Shown: positions 28,906 through 38,966 of the stretch, in pieces | Position numbering within the stretch: position 1 is the stretch's first letter | Layout of the letters: every line of letters starts with the position of its first letter | Assembly (NCBI GenBank): GCA_049315825.1 | Contig: JBMOJK010000005.1 | Location: forward strand, 521-64,520 | Length of the DNA stretch: 64,000 nucleotides | DNA from: Patescibacteria group bacterium | GTDB taxonomy: Bacteria > Patescibacteriota > Gracilibacteria > BD1-5 > UBA2023 | Reading direction: 5' to 3' | The notes under the pieces: model-generated | What the model was told of the DNA's origin: nothing | Seen by the model: only the letters and a program-made list of their open reading frames with translations | Databases searched by the model: none | Translations under genes and position numbers: made by a program

Positions 28906-31900
28906 CTACTTCTTTGGAAATGTACCTGGTCCACCTGTATTCTGACCACCTGGCGTCTTCGTTGTTCCACCCTCTGTGCCGTCATTGACTGTTTCTTCTC
29001 TTTCGCCTGGAGTAGTGGTGATTTTTGATTTCTCAATCGTCTTGCTGATAGCCTGCTCTACTACTTCTCTCTTATAGTTGATGCCGAATGTTGCCTCGCT
29101 CGTGCTTGATTCGTTTGTATAGACATCACCATTGTATTCTTCTGCAATGCTGAATGCTGGCTTTGCAATGACTGGTGCAGGCTCTACATGTTTTCCTTTG
29201 ATCTTCATCACTGGATATCCGAGCGCATAGACGTCATTGATACACACTGCACCCTGAACCATGGCTCGCGCAGTAACAAAGAGGGCCTTTGGACCATTTT
29301 CAACGATTCCACTCAGTCGTGTTGGGATAGTATTTGAGAGGAGATATGCCTCATATTCTGCAGAATCAAATCCTGCTACATCCTTTGGAAGAAGTGCATT
29401 TGTTGCGACACGATTCTTCTCAAATTCTCCTGAATTTTTAGCAATCTTGAGAATATAGCTCTGAAGAACTCGGTTTTCTGTAGCTGAAACCTTGTTTACT
29501 ACATCGAGATCTCCACTGAAGTACGCAAGTCCACGAACGGTAGTCTTACCACTCGTATCAAGCTGTGCAAGCGTGATAGATCCTGAGATATTTCGGAAAG
29601 GACCATTTCCATCACGGGTGAATGCATCTGCAAGACTTCCACGAACGAGCGTTTCCTTGCCGTTCTTGTGCGCCATGATCGCCTTATCGTGCTCTTCGTA
29701 CGCCTTGAGGAATTCTTTCTGATCCGCCTTGTCTACTCCGAGAATTCGATTGAATGCCTTCTTATTTCGATTGTGTTCTGCAAGCGCCTCAGCATAAGAA
29801 ATATTCTTCTTTGCACGGATATTGCGGCCTCCGAGAGTAGCGAGGAGGATGTTTTCGAGAATCTCATCCTTATCGCCTGGGTTGCACTTATCAAGAGATG
29901 CCTTGAGGAAAGCAAGGGATTTTCCACCTGCAGCGATCTGCTTTTCGGCTGCACCATATTCACGCTTTGCGATCGAATTGAGTGCAGAGATGAGGTGAGA
30001 ATTCGTGCGAGAAAGTGAGAAAATCTTGTTTCGAGCCTGCTGTGAAAGCACTCCATCCTTATAGATATTCTCAAATGTTCCTGCCTTATCTTCTGGTCCT
30101 ACCTCCTGAGTGGTTTCAGTTGCAGACTTGATCTGTGGAACACCCTTTACTTCCTTGATCACGATACCATACATCGCAATACCTTCACCCGACATGAATG
30201 ACTTACTCTCAACACGCAGTGAGTTTCCTGGAGTAGGGATTACCTGAGCAATACCATTTACTTCTGTGAGCTTTACGCTATCGAGGACGATGAGGCCTGA
30301 TTTTACGTCAGCCGCTGATCGCAGAGTGATGCTTTCGTTCTTTGGATCATATCCGGTGACGAACTTCTTGATCACCTCAGTTTTACTAAGATCAGATGTT
30401 TCTGACTTGAGTACCTTGCGCTCTGTCGCATCGACATCTTTATTTTTGGAAGCTGACTGATTGACGTGCTGGAAATTCACGCCGAGGAAGATTGCATGGA
30501 TCATCGGGATGAGCGTGATGTTCATACCAGCAACATGGAATCCCTTAAGGCTATCATGCACTGCTGCTGCATATACCTGCTCAAATGCAGCAGTATCACG
30601 AAGGATGATAAGCTTCTTTTCTCGGATGTCAGGGTTGGCATCTACGACCGCCTTTGTTTCAGCAATCATCTTGCGCATTACAGAAACTTCTACGAGAAGA
30701 GCTTCGTCGACTGGCTTAGCAGCATTTGCCTGTTTTTCGATCTCAGCGAGCCGAGCACTGATCTTTGTATCATCGAGGCGTCCATCTTCAGTAAGTCTGA
30801 TGAGTGGCCACATTTCCTTGATCGCAACACGCTGCTCCTTGATTGTATCCTTTACGTTGTTTGGATTGACATTAAATCCGATAGAAGGAATTGCTCCGTT
30901 TCCGGTATTTCCAGTTACTGCGAGTTCTCCACCAATAGTGAAATTCCCCTTGAGATTGCTTGACTGAAGTGTTGCATTGTTATTACTTGTTGTAACATCA
31001 GCGCGTCCTGAAATGGTGATTGGGAAAATCACTCCATCCGCACTTCCAACCATAGAGGCTCCTACTCCTGCCTCTGCTGAGTAACCCTTTCCTTCTACCT
31101 GCATCGCTCCAACATTGAATCCGATGACGATATTTGGAGTAATCTTTGTTTCGCGTTTCTTTTCATTTTCCTCGCTCGTAAGCTCTCTCTTTGTAGTGGT
31201 ACCTTTCTGATCTCCAGTGAGTGCAGGAGTTAAAGGATTTATTGGAGCATTCTTTGTGAGAGTTGTTTGTTGTGTAGCACCAACCTCAGACTTGTTGCCA
31301 GCTGCAACCACACTCGACTGATTCTTTGTAATTACAACATCCTTCACATATTGTGTGAAAGTATGTGTATTTACATTGGCATTGCTGCGTGGATCTGCAA
31401 TTATTGTTGTAGGATACGGCTGATTGATTTTTGTATCAGCAGTGGTTGTATAGGTTTTTGTATTGATCGTTGTATCTGTCACCTTAGTCGATGCTCCAAC
31501 TGACGAGAAGAATCGTGGATTGATCGAGATCTGAAATGCAGTTCGAGCAAGAAGCTCATCCATCGTTTTCGCATCAAGATCGGCAAATCCTGCCTCCTTA
31601 AGCTGACTGCTTACGCGATTTGGAAGTCCTTCCTTCACAAGTGCAGACTTGATAAATTCGATCGTGTTTGCCTGTTCTTTCGCACGTTCGTTCTTGTAGT
31701 CACGAGCCTTCTGGGTATCGAGTTTTGCAGCAACTTCTGGAGTTGTCTGAGCGGCTTCCGTGAGAAACGATCGCTGGAATTCCTTCACGAGGAGTGCAAA
31801 CTTCTTTGGATCTGCGAGCTTTGCCGCAATATCCTTAGCATCACCTCCTGTTACCTTCGAAATAACTGCAACGAGATCTGCCTGTGAATTTACGCGCTTG

Positions 31901-32841
31901 CTGAGATTTGCATACATCGCAAGTTCTGTCGCGATATGGAGCTGTGCGTCCTTTCCACCTCCAAAAAGCTTCTGAAATGCAGCAAATACAAATGTATCAC
32001 TGTATTTCTTTGTGTTCATTGAAGTAAGCATTCCGTCGTGACTAAAGTCTACGAGCTGTGCAAGCTGATTACGCGCTCTGTCGGCTTCGGAAAGGTTTTT
32101 AATCTTATCAGCATTTGTTTCAACGCGAACTGATCGCTGAATATTTGTCCCCTCCTTGAGGAGAGTATTTACTTCGGGCGTCTTGATCGCATCACGAAGT
32201 TCGAGGATGGCAGAAAGTTCACTACGGCTGTAGAAATTATCGTTTCCAAATACATATCGTGCACGTGTGATATATCCGTGCTTTTCGAGCGCTGCCTTGA
32301 AGTCTGCGGACTCGTCCGTTCCGTCGTCAGTTCGTACCGAACGAACATTCGTGTTGTTCTTGTTGAAGTTCTTAAAATCCTCTGGATGCTTAAGAAGAAT
32401 ATCGAGTGCATCGTTGAAATTGAGGCTTTCTTCGAATTTTCCACGAAGCCCCTTTACCACACTGTGTACCGTCGAGAGTGTGTTGAGACCCTTCTTTGAA
32501 TCCTCATAAATCGCGATTACGCTCTGCGCAAATTCACGTGCATTCTTTGAGGTACCCATGTGCTTCTCGAAGATCGCAACAACCTGTTCAGTTGGGACGC
32601 CTGACTTGAGAGCCGACATTGCCTGACTTACTAGGATTGAGAAATTTGCCTGATGCTCGAGTCGCTCGATGAGATTGTTTTTCTGTTCAGTTGGAAGCTT
32701 GGAGTTTGCAACTGTTGAAAGGAGCTCTTTTGTCGCATCTGGATTGCTCGCAGGTGCAGTAGAAGGAGCTGGAGTGGCTTGCTTTTCAGCATTCTGTTCA
32801 AGGAAAAATCGAACATGACCGTAAGAATATGGGGACTTCAT
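28906..32841 (-). CDS. orphan 1311-aa protein, no recognisable domain or signal peptide
   Basis: Single uninterrupted ORF with no in-frame TGA. Stop TAG. Thr/Asn/Gly-rich beta-like central segment. Helical N- and C-terminal regions. Confidence 0.78.
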   Translation of the reverse strand: MKSPYSYGHVRFFLEQNAEKQATPAPSTAPASNPDATKELLSTVANSKLPTEQKNNLIERLEHQANFSILVSQAMSALKSGVPTEQVVAIFEKHMGTSKNAREFAQSVIAIYEDSKKGLNTLSTVHSVVKGLRGKFEESLNFNDALDILLKHPEDFKNFNKNNTNVRSVRTDDGTDESADFKAALEKHGYITRARYVFGNDNFYSRSELSAILELRDAIKTPEVNTLLKEGTNIQRSVRVETNADKIKNLSEADRARNQLAQLVDFSHDGMLTSMNTKKYSDTFVFAAFQKLFGGGKDAQLHIATELAMYANLSKRVNSQADLVAVISKVTGGDAKDIAAKLADPKKFALLVKEFQRSFLTEAAQTTPEVAAKLDTQKARDYKNERAKEQANTIEFIKSALVKEGLPNRVSSQLKEAGFADLDAKTMDELLARTAFQISINPRFFSSVGASTKVTDTTINTKTYTTTADTKINQPYPTTIIADPRSNANVNTHTFTQYVKDVVITKNQSSVVAAGNKSEVGATQQTTLTKNAPINPLTPALTGDQKGTTTKRELTSEENEKKRETKITPNIVIGFNVGAMQVEGKGYSAEAGVGASMVGSADGVIFPITISGRADVTTSNNNATLQSSNLKGNFTIGGELAVTGNTGNGAIPSIGFNVNPNNVKDTIKEQRVAIKEMWPLIRLTEDGRLDDTKISARLAEIEKQANAAKPVDEALLVEVSVMRKMIAETKAVVDANPDIREKKLIILRDTAAFEQVYAAAVHDSLKGFHVAGMNITLIPMIHAIFLGVNFQHVNQSASKNKDVDATERKVLKSETSDLSKTEVIKKFVTGYDPKNESITLRSAADVKSGLIVLDSVKLTEVNGIAQVIPTPGNSLRVESKSFMSGEGIAMYGIVIKEVKGVPQIKSATETTQEVGPEDKAGTFENIYKDGVLSQQARNKIFSLSRTNSHLISALNSIAKREYGAAEKQIAAGGKSLAFLKASLDKCNPGDKDEILENILLATLGGRNIRAKKNISYAEALAEHNRNKKAFNRILGVDKADQKEFLKAYEEHDKAIMAHKNGKETLVRGSLADAFTRDGNGPFRNISGSITLAQLDTSGKTTVRGLAYFSGDLDVVNKVSATENRVLQSYILKIAKNSGEFEKNRVATNALLPKDVAGFDSAEYEAYLLSNTIPTRLSGIVENGPKALFVTARAMVQGAVCINDVYALGYPVMKIKGKHVEPAPVIAKPAFSIAEEYNGDVYTNESSTSEATFGINYKREVVEQAISKTIEKSKITTTPGEREETVNDGTEGGTTKTPGGQNTGGPGTFPKK

Positions 32842-32936
32842 AGGTGGAAAAATAAGTTACTTCTCAACGTTATCATAGATTTTTCCCTTGCGCAAATATC
32901 CGAGATATTGTTTTGCGCCCAAGTCAAAGAAATATA

Positions 32937-32966
32937 AAAATCCTCCTATTTTACTAGGAGGATTTT
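32937..32966 (-). terminator. intrinsic terminator/attenuator after the 245-aa surface-protein gene
   Basis: 10-bp stem aaaatcctcc/ggaggatttt. On the reverse strand it is followed by TTTTTATATTT. Confidence 0.6.
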
Positions 32967-33096
32967 CAGATTTCTTGGAACTTCCCCAAGTCGTAGGAAA
33001 ATCGATGAGATTTGCACGAAACGTGAGCACCGCAGTAAGGTGTAGCAATAGCTACTCCGCACGAGGAGGCGCAACGATGAGTGCAAATATCGCGGT

Positions 33097-33834
33097 TTAA
33101 CTACGACGCTTTCTCGCGAACATGAATGCGAGGGCGAGGAGCATAGCAAGTGCTACAAAGAGGAATGTATCAGCCGCACCTGTCTTTACCTTAGTTGCTT
33201 GAGTTGGAGTAGGAACGATCTTTACTGGAGTAGAAACCGAAGCAGTTGGAACGTCAGCAGAGAAAGCCACACACTCAAGATGCTTTTGAACATTTCCAGG
33301 CTTACCAGTCTGATCAGAAACATCGTGGTAGTTTACTGGGAACTTAAGGAGAGCAACGTAAGCACCCTTCTTTACATCTGTCTTTTCAAGCTGGTAGTAT
33401 GCACCGAACTCGCTGTCCATAACACGAACTGTCTTCCCTGGCTTGAGTGAGAATACACTACGAGCCGCACCAGATGAACTTGAAGACTCAGGAGTGAAGA
33501 TGATTTCAGAACCGAACTTCCAGAACTTACTGTCGTCTGTAGGATTTGAGAGGAACGAAGTTCCGTTTCCACCGAGGTTTACGAGAGTAGGATTTACCTG
33601 TTCATCCTTGTAGATGATCTGTTCTGTAGAATTCTTATTAGTCCAACTATCGTAGAGACCAGTGAGCTTCTGACCAGAAGTAAGCGTTCCGCCTTCGAAA
33701 CACTGGTTACAGCTGTTTGTTCCAAAAAACGTCTGAGTACCACAAGCAACCTCCTTATAATCACCGCTGGCAGCGAAAGTGAATGGAGTGAATGCTAGGA
33801 GGGCTCCTACGATGAGCAATCGTGATGCCTTCAT
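33097..33834 (-). CDS. secreted 245-aa surface protein with C-terminal cell-wall-sorting-like signal
   Basis: Signal peptide MKASRLLIVGALLAFTPFTFA. C-terminus ...ATKVKTGAAD-TFLFVALAMLLALAFMFA-RKRRS (motif, hydrophobic helix, basic tail). Has its own strong promoter and terminator. No TGA. Confidence 0.7.
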   Translation of the reverse strand: MKASRLLIVGALLAFTPFTFAASGDYKEVACGTQTFFGTNSCNQCFEGGTLTSGQKLTGLYDSWTNKNSTEQIIYKDEQVNPTLVNLGGNGTSFLSNPTDDSKFWKFGSEIIFTPESSSSSGAARSVFSLKPGKTVRVMDSEFGAYYQLEKTDVKKGAYVALLKFPVNYHDVSDQTGKPGNVQKHLECVAFSADVPTASVSTPVKIVPTPTQATKVKTGAADTFLFVALAMLLALAFMFARKRRS

Positions 33835-33866
33835 AGAGGGAAAATATAAAATATATACGTCTGACG

Positions 33867-33894
33867 GATAATAGCCTCACAGACAACGATGTCA
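33867..33894 (-). promoter_or_regulatory. sigma70-like promoter of the 245-aa surface-protein gene
   Basis: Reverse strand: TTGACA, 16-nt spacer, TATTAT, about 30 nt upstream of ATG 33834. Confidence 0.55.
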
Positions 33895-33904
33895 AAAAAT
33901 ATTT

Positions 33905-33932
33905 TTGAAGAAAAGTGCTTTGCATCTATAAT
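33905..33932 (+). promoter_or_regulatory. sigma70-like promoter of frr-mfd
   Basis: TTGAAG (33905-33910), 16-nt spacer, TATAAT (33927-33932). Confidence 0.55.
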
Positions 33933-33968
33933 CCTGCCGTAATTTTCACCTAGTTTTTGACATTGCTT

Positions 33969-34514
33969 ATGCTTACGAATTTAACATCAGATCTCAAGAA
34001 AGCCGAAGAACACCTTCACAACGAATTTGCGAAGCTCCAGGTTGGACGCGCGAATCCTGCCATCGTGGAAGGGATTATAATCAGTGCTTACGGCTCAGCT
34101 CAGCCACTCAAGAATGTAGCAAGTGTGAGCATCATGGATGCACAGACTCTCAGTATCATGCCATGGGATAAGTCGCTCATCAAAGATATCGACCGCGGTA
34201 TTACCGAGGCTAATATTGGACTCAATCCACAAAACAACGGAGAATCTATCATGATCAAGATCCCAACTCTTACCGGAGAGCGCCGCCGTGATCTCGTAAA
34301 GATCGCGAAGAAGCTCGCCGAAGATGGGAAAATCGCCGTTCGAAACATCCGAGCAGACTATGCCAAGAAGATTAAATCAGCAGAAACGGCCAAAGAAATC
34401 AGCGAAGACATGGCAAAGAGTTACGAAGCTGATCTCCAGAAGGCTGTAGATGCCGAAGGAAAGAAGATCGATGCCGCCTTCGATCACAAGGAAGCAGATA
34501 TCATGAAGATCTAA
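33969..34514 (+). CDS. frr: ribosome recycling factor
   Basis: 181 aa from ATG 33969. Contains ...FAKLQVGRANPAIVEGI..., IPTLTGERRRDLVK, AVRNIRAD. Confidence 0.92.
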   Translation: MLTNLTSDLKKAEEHLHNEFAKLQVGRANPAIVEGIIISAYGSAQPLKNVASVSIMDAQTLSIMPWDKSLIKDIDRGITEANIGLNPQNNGESIMIKIPTLTGERRRDLVKIAKKLAEDGKIAVRNIRADYAKKIKSAETAKEISEDMAKSYEADLQKAVDAEGKKIDAAFDHKEADIMKI

Positions 34515-37495
34515 TGCGAAAGCTCTCCGAAAACACGATCTACTCGAGGTCGGGAAACATTTTTTCCCGGTCTCTTTTTCTCTTGGAAAGCCTCACGGCT
34601 GGTCGGACGCTTTTTGTGTTCGATAGCTTCGAAGCAGAAAAGAAATCCAAACTCGTGCTCGAGCACTTTCTTGCAACTCCGATCCGACAGATCAGAAGCG
34701 AATGAGACCTTCTCGGATTTCTCACAGAAAAATCCGGGCTTTTTACGACGACTACCGGAGCATTCGACGAAAGTGTGCGCTTTGGATACAAGCGAACCAA
34801 GCTTGGACTCTCACTCGTTCGTGGCAAAGAGTACAAAACCGATGATCTCGTGAGTCGGCTCCTCGAGATCGGATACAGCCACAGTCCACATCTGAGTCGC
34901 GATTTCACCTACAAACTCGACGGAGGTGAACTGCATATCAGACGCGCAGAAACGGTCGTGATCGCGTCGTTCTTCGGAGATGAACTCGATGAGATCATCC
35001 TGCGAACACTCGCAGGTGAACCGAAGGGCAAGGTCGAAACTTATACCCTCTTCTCTGGAGCAAGCGAAGAACTTCCCGAGCAAGCAACGAGTTTGGATGC
35101 ATCACTGTTGAGCGAGCTCCAGGATGTACTCGTGATCATGTTCGATCTCGAATTCTTCGAGTACGCTTCGGATCTACGAGCCGGACTTGCGAGATATATC
35201 GCATTCGAAAGCACGAAACAGAGCACTTCACTCGAGACAGATCCGTTTGTGATCGACTCACTCGAGGCGCTCGAAGACCATTTGCGTGCCTACGGAGCAA
35301 AGACCCGGTTCTACACCCGTCACCCGAAGTCGATCGAACAATTTCTCTCGTACAATAGTCTGCCGAACGCAGGGATCGAAGTCGTGCCACGACTCGCGCT
35401 TGAGAGTTTCCATACCGAGCATGAATTCGCGATCACGGACGATATCCTCTCTCGACTCTTCGCAGTCAAACGCACTAAACGCAGCGCCGCAAAATCCCTC
35501 GATCTCCTCCTCTCACTCGCACCCAACGACTATGTGGTGCACTTCGAGCATGGGATCGGAGTATTTCGAGAGCTCATCGAGAAAGAGATGAACGGTGTGA
35601 AACGTGAATACGTCGCGATCGAATATGCCGATCAGGATCGACTCTATGTCCCCATCACCGAACTCTATCGCCTCACCAAATACCTCGGCGAGGAAAACCC
35701 AAAACTCCACCGTCTCTGAGGAAATATCTGGAAAACTGCTCTCGCGAACACCGAAGACGAGATCGCGAAGACCGCAGCAGAACTCCTCGATGTGTATGCC
35801 CGTCGTAAGGTAGCTCAGGGATTTGCATTTCCGAAGTTTCGCAAGGAAGAAGCGGCTTTTCGAGCGCTTTTCCAATACACGCATACTCCTGATCAGATCA
35901 GCTCGATCGAGGAGATTTTCACGGATATGGAAAGCAGCGAACCGATGGATCGACTCGTATCTGGAGACGTAGGATTTGGGAAAACAGAAGTCGCGATGAA
36001 CGCAGCATACAAGGCGGTGCTTGCTGGAAAACAGGTCGCTGTAATCTCACCTCTCGTGGTGCTTGCCTACGAGCATACTGAGTCTTTCACGAAGCGTTTC
36101 GAAGGGATGAATATTCGCATCGGGACACTTTCGCGTATGACAACTGAGTCCACGGCAAAGCGCATCCTCAAGGAACTCGCAGACGGGACACTCGATATCG
36201 TGATCGGGACACACCGACTCCTCTCGGAAGACATCACTTTCAAGCGACTTGGACTGCTCATCGTCGACGAAGAACACAAGTTCGGTGTGATTGACAAAGA
36301 GCGCATCACCGGGATGAAATCTCACCTCGACATCCTCTCGCTCTCAGCGACCCCGATCCCACGAAGTCTCAATATGGCGCTTTCTGGGCTTCGTAAAATC
36401 TCGATGATCACCACTCCTCCTCCGCAGAAGAAACCTATTCGCACACTGGTTGCGAAATGGAGTGAAGAAGTGATCCGAGATGCGATCGCGACAGAACTCG
36501 GTCGTGACGGACAGGTCATCTTCGTCCACAATCGCATCGCCTCCCTCGAAGGGGTCGCCAAGGAACTCATGCGCATCGCGGGCAAGAAACTGCGCATCAT
36601 CATCACCCACGGACAGATGAATCCTGTGGAGCTCGAGGATCGGATCATGGATTTCAAAGAGTGAAAATACGACGTCCTGCTCACGACCACTGTCATCGAA
36701 AACGGAGTGAATTTCCTACGAGCCAATACTATCTTGCTCGACAATGCGGACGAATTCGGACTCGCACAGCTGCATCAGCTTCGTGGTCGTGTGGGACGTA
36801 AGAATATGGACGCACACTGTTTCCTCCTCTATCGCAAGGATCACCTGCCAGAAGACGCCAAAAAGCGTCTTCTCGCCATCGTAGAGCATTCACATCTGGG
36901 TGCAGGTTTCGAGATCGCGATGCGCGACCTCGAGATCCGCGGGGCTGGTGAGATCCTCGGGATCAAGCAGTCTGGTCGAGCAAAAGAGACGGGTATTTCT
37001 CTCTATCTCAAGCTCCTCGAGAACAAGATCGAAGAACTCAAGACCGGGATCAAACCCCTCTCGATCGATACTAAGATCGAGCTCGACGTCGATACATTTC
37101 TCATGGAAGACCTCTTCGCGAGTGAGCACGACAAGATCTCGTTCTATCGCTCGCTCGAATCTGTGACAGACATCGAAGACCTCGAAAGCGCGGAGGAGAG
37201 TTTCGCTCGCACACACGAGGATACGTTTGAAAATGTGACCAATCTCTTCTTACTCCTGAAGGCGCGTATCTATCTCAGTCGCTACGGTGTGATCGGCGTG
37301 AAAAAAGTCCTCAAGGACTACGTGTTTGACTTCCGAGCAGACACGACGACACAGATGATGCGAGATTTCCTCGATGTAGACGATCGTGGAGTTTTCCTCG
37401 TGCAATCACTTGCCCGTGTACGGGTTGCGAAGAGTGAATATGAGAATGATCTCGATTTTTTGAGGAAGACGGTTGGGTTATTGGAAAGAAAATGA
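34514..37495 (+). CDS. mfd: transcription-repair coupling factor Mfd
   Basis: Four track ORFs in one frame across TGA 34703, 35717 and 36662. CarD/RID region HFEHGIGVF. Helicase motifs GDVGFGKTEVA, DEEHKFG, SATPIPR, QLRGRVGR. Start overlaps the frr stop (TAATG). Confidence 0.92.
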
Positions 37496-37502
37496 TCTTA
37501 AA

Positions 37503-38036
37503 CTATCGCTTTTCTAAAATACCCTTACCCGAATCTCGAACAAAAGGACCACCAAATTTGAATGATTGCACGTAGAACTGCTCCGCTGCAGTATCTCGAA
37601 AGAAGAACGATGGTGGCATTTCTATCTTTCGTGTCTTTGAAGAAGCAAGATTCTGCAAATCTTGTAAATCAAAAGAGTAAAATAATGTCGCGAGAATAAT
37701 TTTTTGTCCTTTGAATTTTGCAATCTCTTCCCAGAGAGCGGGTGAAATTCGCCATTTTTGCAGGTCTATGAATTTCCCATTATTTTGATCTGGCGAAGGA
37801 AATTCTACATACAATTCTTGAGATCCACCTGCAGAAAGAAGCCGTTCTTTCAGGATATCAAGATTCTGATCGGCTGGTATTTAAAGATTGAACTTTACAG
37901 GCTTAGGCAGCTGATTTTCTACCGTTGTTGAATGTACCTGTGTATTTGGACAGTTCGGATGATCCGTGTTTGCAAAATACATTCTTGAAATGATGCCACC
38001 GAGAATAAGGAGGAGAAGAGCTGAAAGAATTTTCAT
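37503..38036 (-). pseudogene. signal-peptide ORF interrupted by an in-frame TAA (pseudogene, or two small genes)
   Basis: ATG 38034-38036 gives MKILSALLLLILGGIISRMY...KFNL, then TAA 37881-37883. The same frame continues IPADQNLDILKERLL... to stop 37503-37505 with no ATG start. Confidence 0.3.
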
Positions 38037-38074
38037 AAAGAAGTGTACGTAGGGCAATACTACGCATAAAAAAG

Positions 38075-38100
38075 AAAACAGGGCAAATTACCCCTGTTTT
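38075..38100 (-). terminator. intrinsic terminator after gene 38270..38893
   Basis: aaaacaggg-caaattac-ccctgtttt. On the reverse strand it is followed by TTTTCTTTTTT. It argues against track ORF 37903..38253 being real. Confidence 0.65.
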
Positions 38101-38269
38101 AATACCTTCTTTGATCAAAGCAAGCATACCGCCATTCGCTAACATTTTTTCAACAATCCTGTTCTTCGTATATGGCACCCCAAGATTATTCTTTACTGCC
38201 GATCGTATAGAGATGAGCACTACTGTTACGTAAGTTTTACAAAAAGTCTTCATCTTCTAAACAGACCCA

Positions 38270-38893
38270 TTATTTTGGTTCATGGAGAATAACCCATCCA
38301 ATATTAGCTCGAGCACAGGTTTTTTCTGTAGATTTCTTGGTGTTGGATTTTACCCAATCTTGGAATTTTTTTGACTCATCTCCAATAATTTTAGAGCAGA
38401 TTTCCGGCGTTTTTACATCTAGATTTATCCAGAAATCGTAGTCTGGCATTTGATCTGAATTAACTAGACGTGCAAACTCATGCAAGCTTTTTTCACCAAG
38501 AACCATGCCACCTCCGTCAAAATGGAAATTTATCCGCTCTATCTTGGAATCCGCAAGAAATTTGAGAAGTTCAAAGTTTGGTCAGATACCTTTCCCTGGA
38601 GTATTCGGAGAGGATGTATAAGAAATAGTGATTGATTTTGGGGTTTGAGGCTGTTTAGAAATTTTTTCGGAAACGGTTTGGATTTCACTTGGAGAATCTG
38701 GGTTTGCTACATAGGGGAACTCAAATGAAAGAGTATCTTTTTGAATGGGTGATGATTTTTCAGGAGAAACTACTTTGTAGGCAGGCTTTTTGGAATCAGA
38801 TCAAGTTAGTTGAGGGGATGGCTTATTGAGGTAGGAAAAAATAACAATAATAGCAGCCACCGCCAGTGCAAATCAAATTTGTTTAAAGTTCAT
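38270..38893 (-). CDS. membrane-anchored hypothetical protein (207 aa)
   Basis: ATG 38891-38893. TM ...FALAVAAIIVIFSYL. One frame through TGA 38873, 38801 and 38582 into track ORF 38270..38506. Stop TAA. Confidence 0.6.
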
Positions 38894-38966
38894 TTTAACA
38901 AAAACAGTTAATGGAGGTCTGAGACCCCCATTATAATTCAAAAAAGGCGTTCTTCTAAGTATTTTA

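Noticed and set aside
25276-33834. Prophage tail-fibre or contractile-system locus as the explanation for the giant proteins.
   Set aside because: No capsid, terminase, portal, baseplate, sheath, integrase or lysis gene was recognised nearby. The flanks are housekeeping genes (Elp3, frr).
37903-38253. 116-aa reverse ORF.
   Set aside because: It spans a strong reverse-strand intrinsic terminator (38075..38100), has implausible composition, and a better-supported signal-peptide ORF starts at 38036 in another frame.
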